Shown piece after piece: positions 17,328 through 26,163 of a stretch of 35,212 bases of DNA. Position 1 is the stretch's first letter. Each line of letters opens with the position of its first letter. The position numbers and the translations under genes were made by a program. The notes under the pieces are model-generated. The model did not search any database. It was not told the DNA's origin and was given only the letters and a program-made list of their open reading frames with translations. Origin of the DNA: Bacteroidaceae bacterium (GTDB lineage: Bacteria; Bacteroidota; Bacteroidia; Bacteroidales; Bacteroidaceae); contig CAVHNA010000003.1 of the NCBI GenBank assembly GCA_963637205.1, positions 1 through 35,212 of the forward strand. Direction: 5' to 3'.

Positions 17328-18068
17328 CTATATATTATTTATAATGTATAGGGTGTGTACCGCTGCCATCGCCGCGGTCTCTGTCCGCAGTCGGCACTTC
17401 CCCAGCGAGACGCTCCTGAAACCGTACTTGAGGGCGATGCGCACCTCCTCTACGGAGAAGTCGCCTTCCGGACCTATCATCACCACGGTGTCTTCTCCTC
17501 TCTTCGCCGCGTCCCAGAGCAGCGGCTTGTCGTTGTCCCTCGCCCCGGGCGTGATGTCGCCCTCGTCGTAGCAGTGGCAGATGAACTTGCCCTCGGCCTT
17601 CGCCTCTTTCACGAAGCGTGCGAAGGGTGTCATGTCGTTTACCTGTGGTGTCCACGCCTTGTGGCTTTGCTTCACGGCTGAGACTACGATACGTTCTATG
17701 CGCTCTCGTTTTATCTGCCTGCGCTCGCTGAACTGGCAGTCCAGGAAGGTCAGCTCGTCCATCCCTATCTCGGTGGCTTTCTCGGCCATCCACTCGTTCC
17801 TGTCGTTTAGCTTGGTGGGGGCCATGGCCAGGTGTATGCGTCCAGCCCAACTTCTCTCTTGCGGCATGGTGTCCTCTATCCTGTACATGCACCTGTGCCC
17901 GGTGGCTGCCGTTATGCTTGCGCGGAAGAAGTTGCCTTTTCCGTCCATCAGGTATATGTCGTCGCCCATGCCCAGACGTAGCACCTTCACGGCGTGCCTC
18001 GCTTCTTCTTCGGGCAGCTCCGTGGAGCTCTCGGCGTCGGGGACGTAGAAAAACCTTTCTTCTTTCAT
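17328..18068 (-). CDS. rsmE: 16S rRNA (uracil1498-N3)-methyltransferase
   Basis: 246 aa from MKEERFFYVP. PUA-like N-terminus, and a SPOUT C-terminus with IGPEGDFS and LRTETAA motifs. The ATG overlaps the nupG stop (ATGA). The longer track ORF overlaps nupG and is rejected. Confidence 0.85.
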   Translation of the reverse strand: MKEERFFYVPDAESSTELPEEEARHAVKVLRLGMGDDIYLMDGKGNFFRASITAATGHRCMYRIEDTMPQERSWAGRIHLAMAPTKLNDRNEWMAEKATEIGMDELTFLDCQFSERRQIKRERIERIVVSAVKQSHKAWTPQVNDMTPFARFVKEAKAEGKFICHCYDEGDITPGARDNDKPLLWDAAKRGEDTVVMIGPEGDFSVEEVRIALKYGFRSVSLGKCRLRTETAAMAAVHTLYIINNI

Positions 18069-19339
18069 CGTTCTTCCTTTGTGTGCTTGTACCGGAACAG
18101 CAAGGCGAACAACACCGCCACCAACATAGCGTACACGGCGAAGACGGTCCAGCATGCGCTCCATCCTTGCCATATCAGCATGCCGTCAGCGGTCGCGCCG
18201 AGGTCGTAGACGTAGTGATTCACCACTTTCTGCGCCGTCAGTATGCCCACGGTGGCTCCGAAGCCGCTGGTCATCATCATGAAGAGTCCTTGTGCGCTGC
18301 TGCGTATGTCGCTGTCTGTCTCTTTGTTCACGAAAATGGAACCGCTGATGCTGTAGAAGTCGAATGCCACGCCGTACACGGCCATGCTGAGCACGAAGAC
18401 CCAGATGCCGTCGCCGGGGTTGCCTACGGCGAAGCAGGCGAACCTCAACGCCCACGCCACGATGGCTGTCAGCATCACTTTCTTTATGCCGAAGCGACTT
18501 AGGAAATATGGTATGAGCAGTATGCACAGCGTCTCGCTCATCTGGCTTAGCGAGATGAGTATGTTGGCGTGCCTCACCCCGAAGGTGTCGGCGTATTCGG
18601 GTATGTTGCCGAAGCTGGTGATGAACGGGTTGGTAAAGCCGTTGGCTATCTGCAGGCACGCTCCGGTCAGCATGCTGAAGATGAAGAAGAAGGCCATCTT
18701 GCGGTTCTTGAACAAAGCGAAGGCTTTCAGTCCCAACGCCTCCGCCAGTCCTTTCCTCGTTCCTCCCTTGCACGTGGCGCATCGGGGCATGGTCAGCGAG
18801 TACAGGGCGGTCACCAACCCGAGTGCGCCGCTCCAACCGAACTGCATGGCGTTGCCTTGCATGCCGCATACGTCCACCGTCCACATGCTGGCTATGAAGC
18901 CTACCGTACCGAAGAGGCGGATGGGGGGATAGGTTTTCACGGGGTCTTGGCCTGCCTTCTCCAGGGCGTTGTACGCCACGGAGTTCGACAGGGCTATCGT
19001 GGGCAGGTAGAAGGCTACGCTGCATGCGTAGAGTGGGAAGAGGGTGGCGAAGCGTACGTCGTCGCCTGCCGTCATGCCGTACGCCGAAGCCGCCGCCATG
19101 AAAGCGGCTGCCATGAAGTGACAGATGCCGAGCAGACGCTGCGCCTGCACCCATCTGTCGGCTATTATGCCGAACAGGGCGGGCAGACAGAGCGAGACGA
19201 ACCCTTGCACGCTGTAAAACCATCCTATGCGCTGCGCCATGCCCGCCGCCGCCAGATAGGTGGCCATACTGGTCAGGTATGCTCCCCACACGGCGAACTG
19301 CATGAACATCAGTGCCGACAGCTTTGTTCTCGTGCTCAT
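18065..19339 (-). CDS. nupG: Nucleoside:H+ symporter (NupG/XapB MFS family)
   Basis: Co-linear with E. coli NupG along its whole length. Examples: FMQFAVWG, GIIADRW, PPIRLFGTVGFI, AFALFKNRKMAFFFIFSML, SQMSETLCILLIPYFLSRFGIKKVM, SAQGLFMMMTSGFG. Confidence 0.9.
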   Translation of the reverse strand: MSTRTKLSALMFMQFAVWGAYLTSMATYLAAAGMAQRIGWFYSVQGFVSLCLPALFGIIADRWVQAQRLLGICHFMAAAFMAAASAYGMTAGDDVRFATLFPLYACSVAFYLPTIALSNSVAYNALEKAGQDPVKTYPPIRLFGTVGFIASMWTVDVCGMQGNAMQFGWSGALGLVTALYSLTMPRCATCKGGTRKGLAEALGLKAFALFKNRKMAFFFIFSMLTGACLQIANGFTNPFITSFGNIPEYADTFGVRHANILISLSQMSETLCILLIPYFLSRFGIKKVMLTAIVAWALRFACFAVGNPGDGIWVFVLSMAVYGVAFDFYSISGSIFVNKETDSDIRSSAQGLFMMMTSGFGATVGILTAQKVVNHYVYDLGATADGMLIWQGWSACWTVFAVYAMLVAVLFALLFRYKHTKEER

Positions 19340-19361
19340 CTCCCCCGTCGCTGTTGTCGTC

Positions 19362-20546
19362 TTATTCTACGTAGAGCACCAGGCCTTTCAGGTACTCGCC
19401 CTCTGGATGGTATATGTTCACGGGGTGGTCGGCTGGCTGGTGCAACTGGTGCAGTATCCTTACCTTCCTCCTTGCCATGGCCGCCGCGGTGAAGACTGCC
19501 GTGCGGAACTGGTCCTTGCTCACCGCCTGCGAGCAGCTGAATGTGAAGAGTATGCCTCCCTTGGCTATCTTGGAGAAGGCTTTGGCGTTGAGCCTGCTGT
19601 AGCCTTTCAGGGCGTTCTTCAGCGCGTCCTTGTGCTTGGCGAACGCTGGCGGGTCCAGCACTATCAGGTCGTATGTCTCGCCCATCTTCTCCAGATAGGT
19701 GAAGGCGTCCTCGGCGAAGGCCTCGTGTCTGGGGTCGCCGGGGAAGTTGAGCTCCATATTGGCGTTGGCGAGCGACACGGCCTTGGCGCTGCTGTCCACG
19801 CTGTGTACCTTCTCCGCTCCTCCTCTCATGGCGTAGACGCTGAAGCCTCCGGTGTAGCAGAACATGTTCAGCACCTTCCGTCCCTTGGCGTACCGCTCCA
19901 GCAGGGCGCGGTTGTCTCTCTGGTCCACGAAGAAGCCTGTCTTCTGCCCCTTCAGCCAGTCTATGTGGAAGAGCAGTCCGTTCTCCTTCGCCACGTCGTC
20001 GTCGCTGTGTCCCAGCAGGAAGCCGTCTTCCTGTTGCAGGCCTGCCTTGTACGGCAGTGTAGTCTCGCTCTTGTAGTAGACTGACTTCAGACTGCCGCCC
20101 ATCACGGCTTTCAGCGCGTCGCAGACGGCTTTCCTGTCCCTGTGCATCCCCACGCTGTGGGCTTGCATCACGGCGTTGCCAGCGTACATGTCTATCACCA
20201 GGCCGGGCAGGTTGTCGCCCTCTCCGTGTACCAGACGGTACATGTTGTTGCCGTCGCCGTTGTCCGCCAGTCCTATGGCGCGTCTCATCTCCAGGGCTGC
20301 GGCGAGTCTTCCCTTCCAGAACTCGGTGTCCGTATCTTCTTCCTCGAAGGTGAGCACTCTCACGGCTATGCTGCCTATCTGCCAGTGTCCTTTGGCCACG
20401 AACCTGCCTTCGTGGTTCACCACGGTCACCACGTCGCCTTCCTCCACGTCGCCTTCTATGTGGTGCACGGCTCCGCTGAATATCCAGGGATGGTATCTCT
20501 GCAGGCTCTCTTCTTTGCCTTTTCTCAAGTATAGTATCTTGTCCAT
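19362..20546 (-). CDS. rlmI: 23S rRNA (cytosine1962-C5)-methyltransferase-like class I SAM MTase with a PUA domain
   Basis: MDKILYLRKGKEESLQRYHPWIFSGAV aligns with the RlmI N-terminus. SAM-binding motifs are VLNMFCYTGGFS and LDPPAFAK. An alternative ATG at 20576 (ATGA overlap with the upstream stop) would add 10 aa. Confidence 0.85.
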   Translation of the reverse strand: MDKILYLRKGKEESLQRYHPWIFSGAVHHIEGDVEEGDVVTVVNHEGRFVAKGHWQIGSIAVRVLTFEEEDTDTEFWKGRLAAALEMRRAIGLADNGDGNNMYRLVHGEGDNLPGLVIDMYAGNAVMQAHSVGMHRDRKAVCDALKAVMGGSLKSVYYKSETTLPYKAGLQQEDGFLLGHSDDDVAKENGLLFHIDWLKGQKTGFFVDQRDNRALLERYAKGRKVLNMFCYTGGFSVYAMRGGAEKVHSVDSSAKAVSLANANMELNFPGDPRHEAFAEDAFTYLEKMGETYDLIVLDPPAFAKHKDALKNALKGYSRLNAKAFSKIAKGGILFTFSCSQAVSKDQFRTAVFTAAAMARRKVRILHQLHQPADHPVNIYHPEGEYLKGLVLYVE

Positions 20547-20572
20547 ATTGTCGTGTTTCGCTGCCGCCGGCT

Positions 20573-21355
20573 TCATGACGCGGCTTTCGTGGTCGGGGCC
20601 TCGCCCTCGTCCTTCTTCTCTGTCTCGTCCTTCTTGGACTTCTTCTTCCTCGTCTTCTTGGCAGCTGGCTTGCGTTTCTTCTTCCGGGTGTCTTCCCCAG
20701 TGTTCTCGCCCTCGGCGGGCTGCATGGGCAGCGTCGGCTCGGGAATGGGCAGCACTGTCAGCTCATACCCTTCCTCTCTCATCTTCTGCATCTCGCGGTA
20801 CAACTGTATGCACGCCCACGCGTCGGTGGCGGCGTAGAGCTGCTGCTTGTCTGTCAGGGTGTCGGCTTCCCAGTTGCTCAACTGCTGCGACTTGTTGATC
20901 TTCTTTCCCAGTATGTTGGCGTATAGCTTCTGCAGCGACTTGTCCTCCACGCCCAGCATGCCGGCGAGTGTCTGCAGCTCCACGTAGCCTCCCATCTTGA
21001 AGTCCCGGCGGTGGTGCAGCTGCAGCGAGTCGTCATGCCACGACAGTCCTATGCGCAGCAGCGCGGGGTCTGTCAGCAGCCTCACCACACAGTCGGGCAC
21101 GCCTGTCTTGTTGAGGCGGAAGAGGAAACACGTGTCCTCCGAACTGGCTTGTAGCAACGCTACCTTGTGGAAGTCGCCTTTCTTGAACGTGGGCTTGGTC
21201 TCCGTGTCCAGTCCCACCACACTTTGCGACAGCAGGTAGTCCACGGCTTTCTCCGCGTCTTCCTCCGTCTCCACCACGAATATCCTTCCGCCGAACGCCG
21301 TGGTTTCCAGCGTCTGTATCTTCTCCTTGGGGAACCTATTCACTATCGTCTTCAT
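20573..21355 (-). CDS. 3'-5' exonuclease (DEDDy, RNase D/WRN-like) with a Lys-rich C-terminal tail
   Basis: ExoI motif VGLDTETKP and ExoIII motif YAATDAWACIQLY. The C-terminal ~55 aa is highly basic and low-complexity (RKKKRKPAAKKTRKKKSKKDE). Confidence 0.8.
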   Translation of the reverse strand: MKTIVNRFPKEKIQTLETTAFGGRIFVVETEEDAEKAVDYLLSQSVVGLDTETKPTFKKGDFHKVALLQASSEDTCFLFRLNKTGVPDCVVRLLTDPALLRIGLSWHDDSLQLHHRRDFKMGGYVELQTLAGMLGVEDKSLQKLYANILGKKINKSQQLSNWEADTLTDKQQLYAATDAWACIQLYREMQKMREEGYELTVLPIPEPTLPMQPAEGENTGEDTRKKKRKPAAKKTRKKKSKKDETEKKDEGEAPTTKAAS

Positions 21356-21887
21356 CGTCCGTCGTTTGTGTGGCGTTGTCCATCGTGTGCAGGTGCTTCA
21401 GCGCACAGAGGAGGTCTGCGCCCCAGTACTGGCGGAAGCTCTCCTCCACCTCGTACAGCGCCGGCGGCATGCAGGTCTCCAGCCTCTGCTGGTACACGAA
21501 CACGAAGTTGCGCAGCGGCTGGTATATGTCGGCCAGGTCTTCGCTCAGGCTTCTCCACTGGCTCTCCTCGGTGTTCATGTCCTCGTTGGCTGTCAGCTCC
21601 TCGTACTGGTCGTCCTTGCCGAATATGGAGTAGACGTTCATGCGTACGTAGTTGTAGTCGTCCTCGCTGACCTGTCCGTCGGGCAGGAAGGAGGCGTCCT
21701 CATTCATGGGCGGCAGCATCCTCGCCTTCATATACAGCAGGGGCAGCAGCTTGAGCATCGTGTCGGCGAAGTCGCTCCGTGTCTTGCCGGCGCACTGCTC
21801 CACCTGGGCGCAGTACTCCGCCGCCACGGTCACGAACTCCAGTGTTCCCTTGGCGTATATCGCCCCTTCAGGTGTACTTTCTGTCAT
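21336..21887 (-). CDS. Acidic cytoplasmic protein of unknown function (probably DUF5063 family)
   Basis: 183-aa ORF, first gene of the minus-strand run. It overlaps the exonuclease start by 20 nt. The pairing with a 3'-5' exonuclease recalls the conserved Bacteroidales pair. Family name from memory only. Confidence 0.6.
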   Translation of the reverse strand: MTESTPEGAIYAKGTLEFVTVAAEYCAQVEQCAGKTRSDFADTMLKLLPLLYMKARMLPPMNEDASFLPDGQVSEDDYNYVRMNVYSIFGKDDQYEELTANEDMNTEESQWRSLSEDLADIYQPLRNFVFVYQQRLETCMPPALYEVEESFRQYWGADLLCALKHLHTMDNATQTTDDEDDSE

Positions 21888-21909
21888 GCGGTCTTTTCCT
21901 TAATGGATG

Positions 21910-21917
21910 CAAAGTTA
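21910..21917 (-). promoter_or_regulatory. Bacteroidota -7 box (TAACTTTG on the minus strand) for the 21887..17328 gene run
   Basis: The reverse complement of CAAAGTTA matches TAnnTTTG, 22 nt upstream of the ATG at 21887. Confidence 0.5.
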
Positions 21918-21961
21918 CGAAAAAAAATCCGTCGGAAATCAATAATATGGATTATTTGCAC

Positions 21962-21969
21962 TAATTTTG
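21962..21969 (+). promoter_or_regulatory. Bacteroidota -7 box (TAATTTTG) for ftsK
   Basis: Exact TAnnTTTG match 39 nt upstream of the ATG at 22008, in the 120-bp divergent intergenic region. Confidence 0.5.
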
Positions 21970-22007
21970 CAGACGTATACAAGCATCAAGGAAAAGGGAT
22001 TTTGGAC

Positions 22008-24530
22008 ATGCCTACAAAAACGAGAAACAGGAAAAAGGACTCTGACAAGAACAAGACGAAGGAGAGCGTCGTTAAGAGGTGCCTCGGGTGGCTCAACCTC
22101 AACTTCCACTCTCAGGAGGAGGTCAACGACAGCAAGAGGATAGAGCATAAGGACAACGTCCGTTTTATCGTAGGCATCATCCTCGCCGCCGTGTCCGTTG
22201 CCTTGATGCTGGCTCTCGTATCACATATCTTCACGGGCAAGGAGGACCAGAAACTGCTCATCGCCGGCTCCGGCGTGAAGCCTTCCAACTGGCTCGGCTC
22301 TTTCGGCTATCATACCGCTCACTGGCTCATGGACAACACGTTCGGCGTGTCTTCCGTGCTGCTGCCTGTGCTGTTGCTTGCCGTCAGCCTGAAGACGATG
22401 AACGCGGTCAGGCATATCCGCTTGCACAAGTGGTTCCTCAACTGCATGATCCTCATGATATGGTGCTCGGGCTTCGCGGCTCTGGTCATGCACTTCCTGC
22501 CTTCCGCCGGACGTTCTTACATCAGATGGGGCGGCGAGATAGGCGAGAACGAACTGGCTTTCTTCATGGAGAAGACGGGCGTGGTGGGCTCCGTGCTGAT
22601 ACTCGCCGTCGTAGCTCTCCTTTATGTCTTCTACCTCAGCGACGAGGTGATAACGGCCGTACGTACCTTCGTGGTGCGTACGCCTAAGGAAACGGATGAT
22701 GCCGTCGATTCCGACGAGGCCACTGAGTACGATACCGAGGCCGCTGGCCTGGACACCGCGGTCACTCTGGCTGTGGGCGACGAGGAGGAAGGCGACAACA
22801 CTCCTTTCAACGACAAGCCGGACGATACTGCCACTACCATCGACTTCAGCAACCTCTACCCGAACGAGGAGGGTAAGCCGGACGAACCTGCGACGCAACT
22901 GGACGCTCAGTCTCTGCCTCTTGAGATATCGGAGCAACAGCCTGACGGCATGGACGTGGTGATAGGACAGGACCCGGAGAAGGCTTCGGTGGGCGAAGGG
23001 GAGGCGTTGGAGAAATACGACCCTAAACTGGACCTGGAGTACTACAAGTACCCTACCCTCGACTTGCTGAAGAAGTACGAGAACAGGACGAGCGTGGTGG
23101 ATATGGAGGAGCAGGAGAAGAACAAGAACCGCATACTGCAGATCCTCAACAATTTCGGGGTGCAGGTGTCGAGCATCAAGGCTACCATAGGTCCCACCAT
23201 CACCCTCTACGAGCTTACTCCTGCGCCGGGTGTGCGCATCAGTCGCATACGCGGACTGGAGGATGACATAGCCCTTAGCCTCAGTGCCTTGGGCATACGC
23301 ATCATCGCGCCTATGCCGGGCAAGGGTACCATAGGCATCGAGGTGCCCAACGCCAAACCGCAGATAGTGAGCATGGAGAGCGTGCTCAACAGCCGCAAGT
23401 TCCAGGAGACGGACTACGAGCTGCCTATGGCTATAGGCAAGACTATCACCAACGAGGTGTTCATGGTCGACTTGGCCAAGATGCCGCATCTCTTGGTGGC
23501 GGGCGCCACGGGACAGGGTAAGTCGGTAGGTCTTAACGCTATCATCGCTAGTCTGCTCTACAAGAAGCACCCGGCGGAACTGAAACTGGTAATGGTGGAC
23601 CCCAAGAAGGTGGAGTTCAGCGTCTACAACCCCATCGTCAACCATTTCCTGGCACAGGTGGAGGGCAACGAGGACAACGAGGAGCCTATCATCACGGATG
23701 TCAACAAGGTGATACAGACGCTCAAGAGCCTCTGCGTGGAGATGGACACGCGCTACGACTTGCTCAAGAAGGCGAGAGCGAGGAACATCAAGGAGTATAA
23801 CCAGAAGTTCCGCGACCGGCACCTCAACCCGCAGAACGGACATAAGTACATGCCTTACATCGTGGTGGTGATTGACGAGTTCGGCGACCTTATCATGACG
23901 GCCGGACGCGAGATAGAACTGCCCATAGCGCGCATAGCGCAACTGGCGCGTGCGGTGGGTATCCACATGATTATAGCCACGCAGCGTCCTACCACCAACA
24001 TCATCACGGGTACCATCAAGGCTAACTTCCCGGCTCGCATGGCATTCAAGGTGAGTGCCATGATAGACAGCCGTACCATCCTCGACAGGCCTGGTGCCAA
24101 CCAGCTGGTGGGCAAGGGCGACATGCTGTTCCTTGCCGGCAGCGAACCAGTGCGTGTGCAGTGTGCCTTCCTGGACACGGACGAGGTGGAGAACATAGTG
24201 TCTTACATAGCGTGCCAGCAGAGCTACGGCGGCCCGTTCCCTCTGCCGGAGGTGGCTCTCGAAGGCGGCGAGGATGGCGGCTCGGCAGACGTGGACCTCA
24301 ACCATCTCGACCCTATGTTCGAGGAGGTGGCGCGCATGGTGGTTACGGAGCAGAGCGGTAGCACCAGCATGATACAGCGTAAGTTCTCCATCGGATACAA
24401 CAGGGCGGGACGACTCATGGACCAACTGGAGAAGGCTGGCATCGTGGGACCTGCCAAGGGCAGCAAACCGCGCGAGGTGCTGTGCGTCAGCGACGAGGAC
24501 TTGCAGTTCCGGCTCGACAACCTCAGGTAG
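22008..24530 (+). CDS. ftsK: DNA translocase FtsK/SpoIIIE
   Basis: 840 aa from MPTKTRNRKK. It has N-terminal TM helices, an acidic linker, a motor domain (Walker A GATGQGKSVGLN, Walker B VVVIDEFGDL) and a C-terminal gamma winged helix (STSMIQRKFSIGYNRAGRLMDQLEKAGIVG). The track ORF start at 21300 runs antisense through two other genes and is rejected. Confidence 0.93.
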   Translation: MPTKTRNRKKDSDKNKTKESVVKRCLGWLNLNFHSQEEVNDSKRIEHKDNVRFIVGIILAAVSVALMLALVSHIFTGKEDQKLLIAGSGVKPSNWLGSFGYHTAHWLMDNTFGVSSVLLPVLLLAVSLKTMNAVRHIRLHKWFLNCMILMIWCSGFAALVMHFLPSAGRSYIRWGGEIGENELAFFMEKTGVVGSVLILAVVALLYVFYLSDEVITAVRTFVVRTPKETDDAVDSDEATEYDTEAAGLDTAVTLAVGDEEEGDNTPFNDKPDDTATTIDFSNLYPNEEGKPDEPATQLDAQSLPLEISEQQPDGMDVVIGQDPEKASVGEGEALEKYDPKLDLEYYKYPTLDLLKKYENRTSVVDMEEQEKNKNRILQILNNFGVQVSSIKATIGPTITLYELTPAPGVRISRIRGLEDDIALSLSALGIRIIAPMPGKGTIGIEVPNAKPQIVSMESVLNSRKFQETDYELPMAIGKTITNEVFMVDLAKMPHLLVAGATGQGKSVGLNAIIASLLYKKHPAELKLVMVDPKKVEFSVYNPIVNHFLAQVEGNEDNEEPIITDVNKVIQTLKSLCVEMDTRYDLLKKARARNIKEYNQKFRDRHLNPQNGHKYMPYIVVVIDEFGDLIMTAGREIELPIARIAQLARAVGIHMIIATQRPTTNIITGTIKANFPARMAFKVSAMIDSRTILDRPGANQLVGKGDMLFLAGSEPVRVQCAFLDTDEVENIVSYIACQQSYGGPFPLPEVALEGGEDGGSADVDLNHLDPMFEEVARMVVTEQSGSTSMIQRKFSIGYNRAGRLMDQLEKAGIVGPAKGSKPREVLCVSDEDLQFRLDNLR

Positions 24531-24595
24531 CTTTGCGCGTGTATAATATAAGGTATATAGACCAAGGTAAAAAGATACATCACAACATTCATTAC

Positions 24596-25216
24596 ATGAA
24601 CAGACTCATCATCATCCTCTTCTGCTTCCTCTCCCTCGGGGCGACGGCGCAGAAACCTATGAAGGTGCTCGACGAGGCTGCCGCCGCCGTGCGCAAGGCG
24701 GGCAGTGTCAAGGTGTCGTTCACCGCAGCCACGTTCTCCGACGGCAAGGAACTGAGTTCCACCACGGGCACCATGCTCCTCAAGGGCAAAAAGATGCAAC
24801 TGGACACCCCGGAGATGAAGATGTGGTACGACGGCGAACGGCAGTGGACGCTACTCACGGGTAGCGACGAGGTGAACTCTTCCGTGCCTACCGACAAGGA
24901 GATGGCTTCCGTCAACCCCTACTCTTTCATCTCTACGTACAAGAAGGGCTACCGCATGTCCATGCGCGAGACGACGCTCCGCGGACTGGCGGTCTACGAG
25001 GTGCACATGACGGCTACCAAGTCGGCCAACCCTGCGCAGGAGGTCTACGTGGACATCAACAAGGCGGACTACTCTCCTCTCTGCATTCGCGTGCGGCAGG
25101 ACGGTGAGTGGAACCGTATCTCCATACACTCCCTGCAAGGGGGCATGGAATTCCCTGACTCGGACTTCACCTTCCCCAAGGACAAGTACCCTGACGCGGA
25201 GGTTATAGAACTTTGA
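24596..25216 (+). CDS. LolA-like outer-membrane lipoprotein carrier protein
   Basis: 206 aa from MNRLIIILFCFLSLGATAQ (signal peptide). Its size and position between ftsK and trxB match the conserved Bacteroidota ftsK-lolA-trxB arrangement. Confidence 0.7.
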   Translation: MNRLIIILFCFLSLGATAQKPMKVLDEAAAAVRKAGSVKVSFTAATFSDGKELSSTTGTMLLKGKKMQLDTPEMKMWYDGERQWTLLTGSDEVNSSVPTDKEMASVNPYSFISTYKKGYRMSMRETTLRGLAVYEVHMTATKSANPAQEVYVDINKADYSPLCIRVRQDGEWNRISIHSLQGGMEFPDSDFTFPKDKYPDAEVIEL

Positions 25217-25218
25217 AT

Positions 25219-26163
25219 ATGAAACAGACCAAATTGCTTATCATAGGCAGCGGGCCGGCAGGACTCACCGCGGCCATATATGCCGGCAGGGCGGGTCTCT
25301 CGCCTTTGCTCCTGGAGGGCCTGCAGCCGGGCGGACAGCTTACCACCACCACCGACGTGGAGAACTTCCCGGGCTTCCCCGAGGGCGTGGACGCCAACGA
25401 GCTGATGGACAACATGCGCAGCCAGGCGCAACGCTTCGGCACGGAGATTATGACTGCCATAGCGGAGAAGGCGGACCTCAATGTCTACCCTTACCGTGTG
25501 TGGCTCGACAGCGGCGAGGAGGTGGTGGCGCAGTCCATCATCATAGCCACGGGTGCCAAGGCGAGGTACCTCGGACTGGAGGACGAACGTAAATACATGG
25601 GACAGGGTGTCAGTGCCTGCGCCACGTGCGACGGTTTCTTCTACCGCGGCAAGGTGGTGGCTGTAGTCGGCGGCGGCGACACGGCGTGCGCCGAGGCTTC
25701 CTATCTGGCTGGACTGGCCTCCAAGGTCTACCTCATCGTGCGCAAACCGTTCCTCCGCGCGAGTGCCGTCATGGCGCAGCGTGTCACGGCGGACAGCCGC
25801 ATAGAGGTTCTCTTCGAGACGGAGACGGTGGGTCTCTTCGGCGAGGGGGGCGTGCAGGGCGCACATCTTGTACATAGGAAAGGTACGGCGGACGAACGTA
25901 CGTACGACCTGCCCATAGACGGCTTTTTCCTGGCCATTGGGCACAGCCCGTGCAGCGGACTCTTCCGTCCGTGGCTGAAGACGGATGCCGAGGGTTACAT
26001 CATTACCGAGGGTGGCACGCCGCGCACCGGGGTGGCGGGTGTCTTCGCCGCCGGCGACGTGGCGGACGCTCGTTACAGGCAGGCTGTCATAGCCGCCGCC
26101 TCGGGAGCAAAGGCTGCCATGGAGGCGGAGAAGTTCTTGGCTGACAAAGGTAGCGCAATATGA
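25219..26163 (+). CDS. trxB: Thioredoxin-disulfide reductase
   Basis: GSGPAG FAD motif, redox-active CATC (SACATCDG), GGGDTA NADPH motif and C-terminal GDVAD. The ATG is at 25219; the track start at 25213 is a TTG. Confidence 0.95.
   Translation: MKQTKLLIIGSGPAGLTAAIYAGRAGLSPLLLEGLQPGGQLTTTTDVENFPGFPEGVDANELMDNMRSQAQRFGTEIMTAIAEKADLNVYPYRVWLDSGEEVVAQSIIIATGAKARYLGLEDERKYMGQGVSACATCDGFFYRGKVVAVVGGGDTACAEASYLAGLASKVYLIVRKPFLRASAVMAQRVTADSRIEVLFETETVGLFGEGGVQGAHLVHRKGTADERTYDLPIDGFFLAIGHSPCSGLFRPWLKTDAEGYIITEGGTPRTGVAGVFAAGDVADARYRQAVIAAASGAKAAMEAEKFLADKGSAI

Noticed and set aside
22221-24425. 734-aa ORF on the minus strand
   Set aside because: It lies entirely antisense to ftsK. Its Arg/His/Val/Leu-rich composition is typical of shadow ORFs in GC-rich coding DNA. 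It has no motifs. The same applies to 8638..10386(+) opposite mfd, 10447..11259(+), 6109..7014(-), 19260..20084(+), 18569..19492(+), 30269..31324(-), 31381..32664(-) and 120..614(-).
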